From sequence record MH595538.1: a stretch of 64,000 nt of DNA. One strand, given 5' to 3'. Both the position numbers and the translations under genes were made by a program. The notes beneath the pieces were generated by a model. That model did no database searches. It had not been told where the DNA came from and was given only the letters and a program-made list of their open reading frames with translations. This document shows, piece after piece, positions 17,251-26,832 of the stretch. The first letter of the stretch is position 1; every line of letters begins with the position of its first letter.

Positions 17251-19056
17251 ATGAAAATCACTAAAATCTATGAGGCAATCACCAGTGCGTTCGGTATTGT
17301 CATGGACGAGAACCGTCAGCTACACTGGACTTGCGGAATGCCTGTCAAGGACGCAAAGAGCCTTATCAAGGTTACTCTGCGTGAAAAGAAAGCAACTCTG
17401 CCGATTGTCATGCCAGATAAAAACATTCTGCGTCAAGACGAAGACTTCAAGGCCATTAAGTTCAACCCGATGGCTGAGTCATTCATGGCAGTGTCTCCTC
17501 CGGAAGTCGTACAGCGACTAGTTGTAGATGCTGGTACGCGCGTTGCCGTATCTATGTCAGGCATCATGAATGCATTACTTGAGTATTCTTTGAATCAAGA
17601 CCTGCATGCCACCGCAGATCCCGCCATCTTTGAATTGATTAAAGATGTTCCAACGATCAATAAAGATACAACGGCAAAGAACATTCATAAATATGTTACT
17701 GCCGTACTAGGTCTACATAATGGCGCAGTAGGTAAAAATGCACTGGGTCGATTCAAACTAGAAAAGGCAGTTAGTCACGAGGGCAAAACATACGCGTACG
17801 GCTGTCGCTATATTCCAGTATTTGAAAAGCACATTGGTCAGGCAAAGGTACTCGGTGTTAAGCGTCCTAACCAGAATGCTGGCTTAGTACTTGACAATAT
17901 TATCCGTCAGGTAATCAAACCAGTACTTGCCATATCAGATACTAAGACGGCTCCTAGCTTTACCGTGTTGTTGACGGCATTTGATATGATGGCCAAGCAT
18001 TTGAATCGCCTAGCAACCCTGCTTAAACTGGATGCTGATCCTCTAGCATATATTGACTTCAAAATGCCAGATATGGAAGAGATGTACAAACTCTATGTAA
18101 AAGAGATGCGCATCCCATTCCCTGGTAACGTTGGTGTATTGGATCCGGCACTTGCGGTCGCTGAAGATCAGCAGCAAGAAGAAGTTCTGGAAAATGCCGA
18201 ACCTGTAGTTGCTGCTGCGCCAGAGCCTACTGTAACTACCTCTGAACCTGTCGTTGAAACCAAACAACCTGAGAAACCTAAAGTGAACTACGATCCAAAT
18301 CAGCCTTATGCATGGCTAAACAAAAACGATACTGCTCAAGCAACAGCCGCGCCAGTGCAAAGTCCTCAGTCATCGACACCTAATACTGTTGATCTTTCTC
18401 CTAAGAAAAGCGAGACTGCGACAGCAACGCCGTCTACTGGACTGGCAGTTAAGAAGAACCCATTGAATGAGATGGTGCATCTTAAAGATGCGACAGGTCG
18501 CCCATTGGTTAATGTTGACGGGAGTCCTTTCTTGATCGACAAGAAAGACGTACCGTCTAAGCCAGTTATGCAGGAAATGAATGGACACATGCCATTGTTC
18601 AATCAGCAAACTGGTGCGCCTATGTTAATAGAAGCACCTGCTGCTAATGCTCCTGGCATGCTTCCTCCTGGAACTGTGACTAATGGCATTCCTGGTCAGC
18701 CTAATGCGACAGTAAATCCTAACGATCCGTACTCAGCTTATCGCCAGGGTAAAACTGCTCAAATGATGGCCGCGGCTAATCCGTACATGCAGCCTCCGGG
18801 TATTCCTAACGGCATGCCTTATGCTCAGCCAAATGGATATGTGCATCCAATGCCTGGACAGTACAATCCATACGCTCAACCGGCATATAATCAGGCACAG
18901 CCTTCTTACAACCAAGCAGTAAATAACTACAATCCATACGGCCAACCTGCTCAGGGACAATACAATCCATATGGACAGCCAGCCAACGGCCAGTACAATC
19001 CGTACAATCAGCCAGTGAACACAGTAGCGGTAGATCCTAACCGTCCTTATCATTAA
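17251..19056 (+). CDS. Conserved protein with prion-like Q/N/Y/P C-terminus (gp70 position)
   Basis: Start moved to ATG 17251 after GGAG; folded N-terminal half, P/E/T linker, then YNPY repeats. Confidence 0.75.
   Translation: MKITKIYEAITSAFGIVMDENRQLHWTCGMPVKDAKSLIKVTLREKKATLPIVMPDKNILRQDEDFKAIKFNPMAESFMAVSPPEVVQRLVVDAGTRVAVSMSGIMNALLEYSLNQDLHATADPAIFELIKDVPTINKDTTAKNIHKYVTAVLGLHNGAVGKNALGRFKLEKAVSHEGKTYAYGCRYIPVFEKHIGQAKVLGVKRPNQNAGLVLDNIIRQVIKPVLAISDTKTAPSFTVLLTAFDMMAKHLNRLATLLKLDADPLAYIDFKMPDMEEMYKLYVKEMRIPFPGNVGVLDPALAVAEDQQQEEVLENAEPVVAAAPEPTVTTSEPVVETKQPEKPKVNYDPNQPYAWLNKNDTAQATAAPVQSPQSSTPNTVDLSPKKSETATATPSTGLAVKKNPLNEMVHLKDATGRPLVNVDGSPFLIDKKDVPSKPVMQEMNGHMPLFNQQTGAPMLIEAPAANAPGMLPPGTVTNGIPGQPNATVNPNDPYSAYRQGKTAQMMAAANPYMQPPGIPNGMPYAQPNGYVHPMPGQYNPYAQPAYNQAQPSYNQAVNNYNPYGQPAQGQYNPYGQPANGQYNPYNQPVNTVAVDPNRPYH
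18928..19026 (+). repeat. 33-bp (11-aa) tandem coding repeat, three copies
   Basis: TACAATCC(A/G)TA(C/T) at 18928, 18961 and 18994, plus a further copy at 18862; encodes YNPYGQPAQGQ, YNPYGQPANGQ, YNPYNQPVNTV. Confidence 0.85.
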
Positions 19057-19075
19057 TAAAAAAGCATATTAGATT

Positions 19076-19105
19076 TTACACCCAGGGTTAATACCCTGGG
19101 TGTAA
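19076..19105. terminator. Bidirectional terminator between convergent genes
   Basis: TTACACCCAGGGT-TAAT-ACCCTGGGTGTAA, with an A run before and T runs after. Confidence 0.8.
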
Positions 19106-19108
19106 TCT

Positions 19109-19456
19109 TTATGTCTTTATTTTGTATCTCGACATCAAGGAGGTAACATCAGCGAGACTGGGTATTCTCAGAATAGATAACTTATCGTCATTCTCTGTAA
19201 AAGTAGTGAGTCCAGTACAGCGCATCGTCGCGTACCATAATCTAGGATCTAATCCCTGGTTAGCTAGAAGCCCATAGAAATCCCCTTGGTATTTCTTAGC
19301 GATGACTGGACCAATAGTAACTTCACTTGCGTTAGATTGCTGCATAAGCCAGTTAATGTGAGTCTCTATTATTTTTACGAAATCAGCAGAAAAGTATTCT
19401 TTGGTTTGTTCTGAGAATAAATCTCCTACTTTACTGCCCGATAATTTAAAGCCCAT
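19109..19456 (-). CDS. Small probable baseplate protein (LysM/tail-X-like)
   Basis: 115 aa; KYQGDFYGLL...LWYATMRCTGL...ILRIP pattern resembles LysM-like tail X proteins. Confidence 0.55.
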   Translation of the reverse strand: MGFKLSGSKVGDLFSEQTKEYFSADFVKIIETHINWLMQQSNASEVTIGPVIAKKYQGDFYGLLANQGLDPRLWYATMRCTGLTTFTENDDKLSILRIPSLADVTSLMSRYKIKT

Positions 19457-19517
19457 GTTCTATACCTTTTAAAGTCTTTAATACCTAACAGATTCCATAT
19501 GGATAAAGGATCGCCAA

Positions 19518-21584
19518 ATGGTAACTAAGCTTAAGTCGTCATCTGTTGCACAGGGTGCAATCGATGCTTCTTCATCATACGAAAAATTTGATTCTGCTTC
19601 ACGTACAGCAATGCTGGTATCTCAGGAGAGCCAGGTTCCGGATATTGAAAATCCAGAGCTTTCCCATAGTCTTCACGGCTTTGAGAAGCAATTGGCTGAT
19701 TTCACAACGTCAATAAGAATGCCTGCTAACGGCACAGTAGTGTTGTTACTTGACAAGTTCCGTGTTGGTAATGGAGCATTATCAGTAAGGAAAAATACCC
19801 ATCGTGTTTTAATATTCCATAACGAGGAGACAAACCGACTTGATGCCATTGAGCTTAAGGCTTATAGTAAGCTCCATGATATGTTTGCAAACAAACTTAT
19901 CGAAGAACCCATTGTTAGAAACCTAATGCCTGGTACGCCTCTGGAGAAAGGTACATTACTGGCACGCACACACAGCGTTCTGTCTAACGGCCTGTTCAGT
20001 AACTCAACGCAAGCGAACATGCTGTATATGTCACATCCCGCTTGTATCGAAGACGGCATGCTGGTAAACAGTGAGTATCTAGAGCGAGTTAGACCACAAG
20101 CATCTGTGAGATTGTCTGGGGAATACGGTAAAGAATGGTATCCTCTGGATCTATATCCTAACGGCATGATCTATGGGGCATTCCCTTCTAACGGCAGTAA
20201 ACTGCGTGATGATAATCTGGTCTTTGCAATGCGTAAGAAAGATCGTATCTTTGACGTGGTTAATATGCTTCCGGAGATGCTGAGGCGTCCAGACCTAACT
20301 GGCCATGACCGTTTAGTTTATGCCCCACCTGAAGCTGTAGATGCCGAAGTGATCGACATTGATGTCATTAATACGACTAAAGATTCTAAGTCTAATCCTG
20401 GCACACCGGTAGGCATGGAGGCGCTAGCGGATATTTACCATAAGCAAAAGAGTAATTTCTATGAAACTTTGTTAGACGTGGGAGAAAGTTACAAACGAGA
20501 AAACAAAGTAGAATATTCTGATTCTATGCATACGTTAATGTATGAAGCTTATGGTAATGCTCCAAATAGTAATCGCAGTCGATACTTTAAGAACAGCAAG
20601 CCAGCCGCTATCCGCAGAGTTATCCGTGGCGTAGAAACAGATGAATGGCATATCGATATTAAGATTGCCTGGAAGTTCCCTTACGGCATGGGTGCAAAAG
20701 GTTCTGGTCTTCACGGAAACAAAGGTGTTGCCTGTAAGATCTTACCGCCTGAAAGAATGCCGCGAGATGAAAACGGCAACATCGCTGATGTCGTAGTATA
20801 CGGCCCAGGTTGTGTTGCACGTCTAAACCCAGGTCAATTATACGAGCACTTTGCAGGAGGTGTAAAACGAGACTTTAGATTGAGTCTGCTAGAACAAAGA
20901 GCAGCTGGTGTACCAGATGAGAATCTAGCCCAGCAGCTATTGGAATTCTACAAGCTAGTTAGCCCGCCTACTTATGAAGCGACCAAGAACAAAACACCTA
21001 AGCAGCTACAGGCTGCACTAGAAACAATCTTCGCTAATAAGATCATTACCTTCGATCCAGGCGATAATGATTGGATGGGTGTTAAGTGGGCCAGGGCAGT
21101 AGAGAATCGTTATCCGCCAAGGAGAACACGCATCTACATTGAAAACGAAGATGGCGTTATGGAGCCAACGATTGACCGTGCACTCATAGCACCAGTGTCA
21201 TTCATCTGGCTAGATAAGTCTCACTTCAAACCAATGTCTATTGCGGTACCTAAGCTGAATAACTTCAGACTTCCTTCTACGCAGAACAAGACTACTAAAG
21301 TTTCAAGCCCAGTCAACTTACAGGCTCCTCGAGCAGCAGCAGAAGATGAGCTACGTTCATACTTTGCAGCAGCAGGTCCTGTAGCAACGCTTAACCATAT
21401 TGAAATATCAACTAATCCAGATGCAACTGAAATGACAGTGCGCAAAGCAATGCAAGAAGGTAAACCTACTGCAATGCGAGGCGTTATTGATCGCAGTAAG
21501 ATTGCTTACGGCAGTGGTGCAAACGTTGAATTTGTTAAACATATACTTGGTGTTATGTCAATCGAGGTAACTGAGGCAGCATAA
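19518..21584 (+). CDS. rpoB: nvRNAP beta C-terminal subunit (gp71-73-like, uninterrupted)
   Basis: EDG, GAKGSGLHGNKGV and RLNPGQLYE motifs of the beta C-terminal half. Confidence 0.92.
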   Translation: MVTKLKSSSVAQGAIDASSSYEKFDSASRTAMLVSQESQVPDIENPELSHSLHGFEKQLADFTTSIRMPANGTVVLLLDKFRVGNGALSVRKNTHRVLIFHNEETNRLDAIELKAYSKLHDMFANKLIEEPIVRNLMPGTPLEKGTLLARTHSVLSNGLFSNSTQANMLYMSHPACIEDGMLVNSEYLERVRPQASVRLSGEYGKEWYPLDLYPNGMIYGAFPSNGSKLRDDNLVFAMRKKDRIFDVVNMLPEMLRRPDLTGHDRLVYAPPEAVDAEVIDIDVINTTKDSKSNPGTPVGMEALADIYHKQKSNFYETLLDVGESYKRENKVEYSDSMHTLMYEAYGNAPNSNRSRYFKNSKPAAIRRVIRGVETDEWHIDIKIAWKFPYGMGAKGSGLHGNKGVACKILPPERMPRDENGNIADVVVYGPGCVARLNPGQLYEHFAGGVKRDFRLSLLEQRAAGVPDENLAQQLLEFYKLVSPPTYEATKNKTPKQLQAALETIFANKIITFDPGDNDWMGVKWARAVENRYPPRRTRIYIENEDGVMEPTIDRALIAPVSFIWLDKSHFKPMSIAVPKLNNFRLPSTQNKTTKVSSPVNLQAPRAAAEDELRSYFAAAGPVATLNHIEISTNPDATEMTVRKAMQEGKPTAMRGVIDRSKIAYGSGANVEFVKHILGVMSIEVTEAA

Positions 21585-23557
21585 TGAATAGAGACTTTAC
21601 AGCATGGGAGATTGCCAATATGCCGCGCGCCCAAGTAGCGGCATTACCACGAGGAGGACTAAGAGTTACTTTTCGTGATGGCAAGGTTATAAAGTGTAAA
21701 ACCGAAGCAGTTAAAGAGTCATGGTTCTATTGGAGGGTATTTGCAGAGAATGGCCTAGACTTAATTACGTCGATTCACTTTATTGGTAATGAAGGATACA
21801 ATACCGGTACTCATAAGAAGATGTGTAGTCTTCTACACTGGGCCGTGTTCATGGGCAAATATCCTGATCTACAACCGGGACAAGGAATCCAAGACTTTTG
21901 GGATTTGTCTCGAAGAATATACTTTATCGGCAACGAGGTATTCAATTCTTCAACACATGGCGATACTGCCTATATGAAATCACTGGATCTTATGGATCTA
22001 GTTGAAATCACAGAGCATCCGGTTGTTGTTGAAGCCAAGCAGAAGTTCAGAGATGGCGAAATATCGGTAGATGAGTGTAATGACCAGGTATGGTTCTTGC
22101 TGTTATCAGACGATCCTGATATGCAGCATAACCCTGTCGCCCAGTATGCTCGTGCAGGTATATATAATCGGCGCCAGATTGTACAGATGTGTGGTGTACG
22201 TGCTAACATTCCGGATACAAACGGTGAAGCATTTGGTACGCATATCGATGTGTCGTATGTAGAAGGCCTGTCGTCTAACTTTGATAGAACGATTGAGTCA
22301 CGTACGGCGTCTATCGCTTATGCAAACGCCAAAGGTCCGTTGGAGGATTCTCAGTACAATAACCGTCAATGTCAGCTGATGGGTTCTGTGATCACAGGCA
22401 TATACCACGGTGACTGTAAATCTAACAAGCCATTAGCTTTTGCAGTAAACAACAAAGCAGACCTGGACTTCATCACTGGTAAGTACATTATCACTGAGAA
22501 AGGCTACTACCTGGTTCGTGGACATGAGGAGAATTTGATTGGTACCGAAGTTAAGTATCGATCGATAACAACTTGTGACCATAAAGATACTTCATCGCCA
22601 TGTGCGGTATGTATGGGCATTGCCGCATGGACAACGCCTCCTGGGACATCTCCTGGTCATCACCTAATGATCGAAGCCCTGGCTAAAATAGCACAGAACC
22701 TGTTATCTACAAAACACGTTATCTCTTCAACTACTTGTTTGTATGTCAATGAAACCGGCACGAATGCAGGATGGTTGAAGTTAGATCCTGATAATAAACA
22801 GATGGTTTATCTCGATCCTAACCTCCGGCAGAATAAATACACTATGAAGCTGCGTGTTGCGAAAGAAGAAGCTATGTTTATTACGGACGTGGATAATATC
22901 GATAACATTGATGATTTGGATAATACGCGCATCTCATTTGTATCGATTGCACAGATGATACTTTATGATGAACGTGGTCGAGCTAGACAGACTCATGATC
23001 TAGACTTTACAGTGTCCAATGCAGGCTGTCCGTTATCGCATGAGTTCTTGCGTTATGCCAAGAAGAAAGGATGGGATATCTCAGGCAATAGCTATGAGTT
23101 CGATATGTCCGACTGGAACTATGATGAACCAATCATGGTTACTCCTCGTCGCGGCGAAGACATGATGGCTATCCTAGTTAACGTACGTGACTTCCTGGAT
23201 TCGGTAAACAAAGTAGGTACGGTGCGTGCTGCTGACTTTGATAACCCAGGGCCTGCAATTCGTTCACTTTATGAGATCATGCAAAATGGTAAGATCCATG
23301 TAAACATGATCAATGTCGAAGTATTCATTCGTGCTTTGATGTCTAGGCTTGATGAGAATGGAGATCCAACATTCGAACTGCCAAGAGGAAGTGAGCCGTT
23401 TACCTTTATTCGTAAGAAGGATGCAATTAAATTTAGATCAATTGGACCAGCGCTCGGATTTGAAGGACAAGATTCTATCCTAGGTAATCCTAAAACTTAC
23501 CAAAGAAAGAACCTTAAAATCCCTGCAGCAAACATCGACGCCCTATGGGGCATTTAA
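21584..23557 (+). CDS. rpoC: nvRNAP beta' C-terminal subunit (gp74-like)
   Basis: Bridge-helix-like SYVEGLS...ESRTAS...SQYNNR; Zn cluster C...TCDH...CAVC; QNLLSTKH. Confidence 0.9.
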   Translation: MNRDFTAWEIANMPRAQVAALPRGGLRVTFRDGKVIKCKTEAVKESWFYWRVFAENGLDLITSIHFIGNEGYNTGTHKKMCSLLHWAVFMGKYPDLQPGQGIQDFWDLSRRIYFIGNEVFNSSTHGDTAYMKSLDLMDLVEITEHPVVVEAKQKFRDGEISVDECNDQVWFLLLSDDPDMQHNPVAQYARAGIYNRRQIVQMCGVRANIPDTNGEAFGTHIDVSYVEGLSSNFDRTIESRTASIAYANAKGPLEDSQYNNRQCQLMGSVITGIYHGDCKSNKPLAFAVNNKADLDFITGKYIITEKGYYLVRGHEENLIGTEVKYRSITTCDHKDTSSPCAVCMGIAAWTTPPGTSPGHHLMIEALAKIAQNLLSTKHVISSTTCLYVNETGTNAGWLKLDPDNKQMVYLDPNLRQNKYTMKLRVAKEEAMFITDVDNIDNIDDLDNTRISFVSIAQMILYDERGRARQTHDLDFTVSNAGCPLSHEFLRYAKKKGWDISGNSYEFDMSDWNYDEPIMVTPRRGEDMMAILVNVRDFLDSVNKVGTVRAADFDNPGPAIRSLYEIMQNGKIHVNMINVEVFIRALMSRLDENGDPTFELPRGSEPFTFIRKKDAIKFRSIGPALGFEGQDSILGNPKTYQRKNLKIPAANIDALWGI

Positions 23558-23564
23558 CTCAGGG

Positions 23565-23608
23565 CAGATCCCTTCGGGGATCTGTATCTTAATATGTTTT
23601 TCTTTAAT
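23565..23608 (+). terminator. Intrinsic terminator
   Basis: CAGATCCC-TTCG-GGGATCTG followed by T-rich sequence. Confidence 0.7.
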
Positions 23609-23656
23609 CAGATAGTTTAAGGGGGTTTGGTGCCGTAAAGTCATAAAGGAGACGTT

Positions 23657-25198
23657 ATGCGTGTAGTAATTCAATCCCATGGATTTTTCTGTTATCCAGA
23701 GGGAGATCTAGAACGCACCGTCCTTGACAGGTTTGCCGGAAGGTTTATTCAGACTGAAAAGTCTATGGATCCTAGAACCAAGCAGATCGTCGAGAATGTG
23801 AAAGCGTATTATGGTACATTGACTGCCGATAAAAATGAATATGGTTTCTTAAGAAGAGCACTGCCAGAATTTGAAAAATTCATGAGTGAATCAGGTTTTG
23901 GCCATCGGGTAAAGTACGAGCAGAAACAGCGCTATACTCCATCCCGTCATTCGGATATGAATATCGTTCCTCCGTTTGCTCCTCGTGGTCAACAGTCAGA
24001 GGCTTTAGCTTATGCTATAGCAGACGCTCTAGATCGCACGATAGAGGCCGCTACTGGTTTTGGTAAGACTATCACTGCCTTCTTTGTTATGGATCATTTC
24101 AAGGAGCGTACAGCGGTTGTCATGGGCGCTACCCATATTCCCACGTGGACTTCTTGCGGAAGTCAATATATGGGGATGGGTCCTGGTGACGTGATGGTCA
24201 TCAAGGGATCTGCTAGTCTAAAAGGCGCAGTGAAGCTTGCCCGAGATGGAATGCTCTATTCTAAAGTTCTGTTATTTTCAGCAGAAACCATTCGTAACTT
24301 CATTAAGGAATATGAAGATATCGAACCATCGACTTATGACTTTACTCCGCATGAACTATGGGAATTATTAGGCGTAGGTCGGATATTCAGAGACGAGTCT
24401 CATGAAGCCATTGAGTCTTCAGTGAAACAAGTCATTTACAGCAATGTTCCAAACATCACTTATCTATCGGCAACGTTAGTTTCTGATAATTCGTACATCA
24501 ATAAGATCTACGATTATATCTTCGGTAAGAAGAAGGAGCGTTGGAAATCAGACAATAATAAACACATTGCAGTAAGGCCTCTGTTCCACATGATGAACAG
24601 ATACTTGCTGAAGAAGGGATTCCGTTATAAAGGACCTAGGGGCTACAGTCATGTTCTTTATGAGAAGCATATTCTTAAGCGTAAGCGAGTACTTAAGCAA
24701 TATCTGGATTTCATTGAGAAGTCATTGCATGCGTCCTACTTTAAACGGTATGAACCAGGCATGAAAGCGATTGTGCTGTGTTCATCTATTCCAATGTGTG
24801 AAACCATTAAAAAGTTCTTTTCAGAAAAGTATCCTTCTTTTACCTTTGGTGGCTTTTATGACGGAGCAAAGAAAGAGGAACTTTATGAAAGGGATGTTGT
24901 CATCTCTACTCCTAAGGGTGCAGGTACTGGTAAAGATATCCCTGGACTAGGTGCGCTGATTCAAACTATCGCAGTAAACTCAGTGCAGCTTAACTTACAG
25001 ATTATGGGACGCCTAAGACCAGTAGAGCTTCTAGGAGTTAAAAGGCCGGACATCGAACCTTTATACATTTATTTTGTCAATAATGACATCCCTCAGCATC
25101 GTGCATATCACAATAAGCGACTGCAAGATGTTGCGGATAAATGTAAGGACATAAAGATTATTTACTCCAACTTCTACCTAGGTCAGGATGCAGCATAA
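23657..25198 (+). CDS. Superfamily-2 helicase (gp75-like, UvsW/XPB-related)
   Basis: AATGFGKT Walker A, RDESHE motif II, SAT motif III, TGKDIPGL motif V, QIMGRLR motif VI. Confidence 0.9.
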   Translation: MRVVIQSHGFFCYPEGDLERTVLDRFAGRFIQTEKSMDPRTKQIVENVKAYYGTLTADKNEYGFLRRALPEFEKFMSESGFGHRVKYEQKQRYTPSRHSDMNIVPPFAPRGQQSEALAYAIADALDRTIEAATGFGKTITAFFVMDHFKERTAVVMGATHIPTWTSCGSQYMGMGPGDVMVIKGSASLKGAVKLARDGMLYSKVLLFSAETIRNFIKEYEDIEPSTYDFTPHELWELLGVGRIFRDESHEAIESSVKQVIYSNVPNITYLSATLVSDNSYINKIYDYIFGKKKERWKSDNNKHIAVRPLFHMMNRYLLKKGFRYKGPRGYSHVLYEKHILKRKRVLKQYLDFIEKSLHASYFKRYEPGMKAIVLCSSIPMCETIKKFFSEKYPSFTFGGFYDGAKKEELYERDVVISTPKGAGTGKDIPGLGALIQTIAVNSVQLNLQIMGRLRPVELLGVKRPDIEPLYIYFVNNDIPQHRAYHNKRLQDVADKCKDIKIIYSNFYLGQDAA

Positions 25199-25240
25199 GG
25201 AGGGCAACGCCCTCCTTACTTTTCACGTTTTTTATTTTTT
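25196..25240 (+). terminator. Intrinsic terminator
   Basis: TAAGGAGGGC-AAC-GCCCTCCTTA followed by T tracts. Confidence 0.75.
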
Positions 25241-25245
25241 ACTAA

Positions 25246-25256
25246 ATCTGTTAGAT
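25246..25256 (+). promoter_or_regulatory. ATCTGTTAGAT motif upstream of the ClpP-like pair
   Basis: GTTAGAT core inside the inverted repeat TAAATCT-G-TTAGATTTA. Confidence 0.45.
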
Positions 25257-25275
25257 TTACTAAGGAGTAACTTCT

Positions 25276-25848
25276 ATGAAGCATATTGTCTATTCTAGTC
25301 CTGCTGGCCTGGATATGGAAATCATGACCGCCATGGCAGAAGGCGAGAAGGTTTTCCTTATTGACTTTTTTAACATGTGCGGCAATCCACACGACGCACT
25401 AGAAATTCATGATGACCTTGAAGCATACAAGCGTACTGGACAGGCAACATTCCATGTGCGCTTGCGTGGTCTTACAAGTGTCTTTAATCTCGCAGCCGTA
25501 TCCGCTGCAGATAAAATATGGGTTAATAAACATAACAATGCCTTAATGCATCCCGTGGAATCTTTCGGCTATGGTTCAGCATCTGATCTTTTCCGTGCTG
25601 CTACTCACAACGAAGATCTAACTGCTAAGATAGCAGGTATCGTCACTGATCGTTTTGGTTTAGAAGACAAGAAAGTCAGAGAAATGATGAAAGAAGGCGT
25701 GTTCATCACAGGTGAACAATCGTCTATGTTCAACGGCATTGATGTGATCACTGATCTGCTCGAAACTATTCCTCGTGGAACTATCGAACTTCCCGAAGAT
25801 CAAGATAAACTAAAACGTCAGCACTCAGGAATAGAAGGAGAAGGATAA
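25276..25848 (+). CDS. Degenerate ClpP-family protein (nucleophile region altered)
   Basis: GNPHDALEIHDDL, RGLTSVFNLAAVSAADKI and LMHPVESFGYGSASDL align by eye to ClpP GG..G.AI, GLAAS and MIH...G.A.DL. Confidence 0.65.
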   Translation: MKHIVYSSPAGLDMEIMTAMAEGEKVFLIDFFNMCGNPHDALEIHDDLEAYKRTGQATFHVRLRGLTSVFNLAAVSAADKIWVNKHNNALMHPVESFGYGSASDLFRAATHNEDLTAKIAGIVTDRFGLEDKKVREMMKEGVFITGEQSSMFNGIDVITDLLETIPRGTIELPEDQDKLKRQHSGIEGEG

Positions 25849-26339
25849 TGGAAAACAGAACCATCATCATCTCAGGTCCTATTAACTCCGCTGTTGCAAC
25901 AATGGTTTGTCTTAAGATAGAAAAACTAGCGCTAGAATCTAAAGAAGATATCTATGTCAAGATCTCTTCATACGGAGGCTGTATCGCTTCAATGCTAGCC
26001 ATTGTCGATTGTTTTGATACAGTCCCTAATGACATCGTCACTATCGTTAAAGGTAAGGCTATGTCAGCTGGTTCTTTTATCTCAGTACATGGCACTCCGG
26101 GTAAACGCTATGCGCACTCTAATGCTTCTTACATGTTCCATGAGCCAAATGGCTTTGCAGAACTAACTGAAAAGGGCATTGAACATATGATGTATGTTAA
26201 AGAGCTGACCACTAAGCTTCTTGCTGAACGTACGGGTCTTTCTATTGCAGAGATGGAAAAGATTGCAGATCGCGATTTCTATACTTTTGCCAGTGATCTT
26301 ATTGATCATCCAGGTAGTTTTGTAGATCATCTTGTTTGA
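25848..26339 (+). CDS. clpP: ClpP-family serine protease
   Basis: IIISGPI, ISSYGG, GKAMSAG (Ser), YMFHEP (His), DRDFY (Asp). Confidence 0.88.
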   Translation: MENRTIIISGPINSAVATMVCLKIEKLALESKEDIYVKISSYGGCIASMLAIVDCFDTVPNDIVTIVKGKAMSAGSFISVHGTPGKRYAHSNASYMFHEPNGFAELTEKGIEHMMYVKELTTKLLAERTGLSIAEMEKIADRDFYTFASDLIDHPGSFVDHLV

Positions 26340-26346
26340 TATAATA

Positions 26347-26374
26347 CTTACTCTCCCCATGCGGGGAGAGTAAG
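26347..26374. terminator. Bidirectional terminator
   Basis: CTTACTCTCCCC-ATGC-GGGGAGAGTAAG between convergent genes. Confidence 0.8.
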
Positions 26375-26380
26375 GTATAT

Positions 26381-26803
26381 TTATTTTTTTCTTTTACCAG
26401 CTTCTTCAAACTGTTCTTCTAGTTCCTCGATCATTTGGTTATGTTGAGGAGCATCTTTTTGCATGTCTTCAATGATGTCCATGTACAAACCATTGGGCAG
26501 TTTAGTGAAGATATCCATAGCAGACATATTAAGTATCTTAGGCAGACCTAGCTTAATTATCCTGCGTATCTGATATCTTCTTTCCCAGTCATGATCAAAG
26601 GTGCGACGATGAGTAACTAGTGACAATACCGGACTGTCTTTGCCAAAGTGATTAACAAAACCCATGTAATGTTCGATGATTTCTCGCATAGCAAGTTGTC
26701 TTCGAGGAGAAGGGATTACCTTCCTGGGCTGACCAGGCTCCTCATAGTAGTATGGGAGTGCAGCTAGGCGCTCTAAGATAGCCCCTCTTTGTTCATCGTT
26801 CAT
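26381..26803 (-). CDS. Hypothetical protein
   Basis: 140-aa ORF downstream of the 26833 gene in the same minus-strand operon. Confidence 0.7.
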   Translation of the reverse strand: MNDEQRGAILERLAALPYYYEEPGQPRKVIPSPRRQLAMREIIEHYMGFVNHFGKDSPVLSLVTHRRTFDHDWERRYQIRRIIKLGLPKILNMSAMDIFTKLPNGLYMDIIEDMQKDAPQHNQMIEELEEQFEEAGKRKK

Positions 26804-26832
26804 AACATAGTCAACAGCAGCCGGCGTATTGA

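Noticed and set aside
18859-19026. Periodic repeat as a possible CRISPR mini-array or DGR repeat
   Set aside because: The repeats are in frame, vary mainly at synonymous sites and have no unique spacers; no cas or reverse transcriptase gene is in the window.
25276-26339. ClpP pair as the prohead maturation protease
   Set aside because: It is not next to portal or capsid genes, and the S/A-x-E processing pattern fits the separate phiKZ gp175-type protease, which is not in this window.
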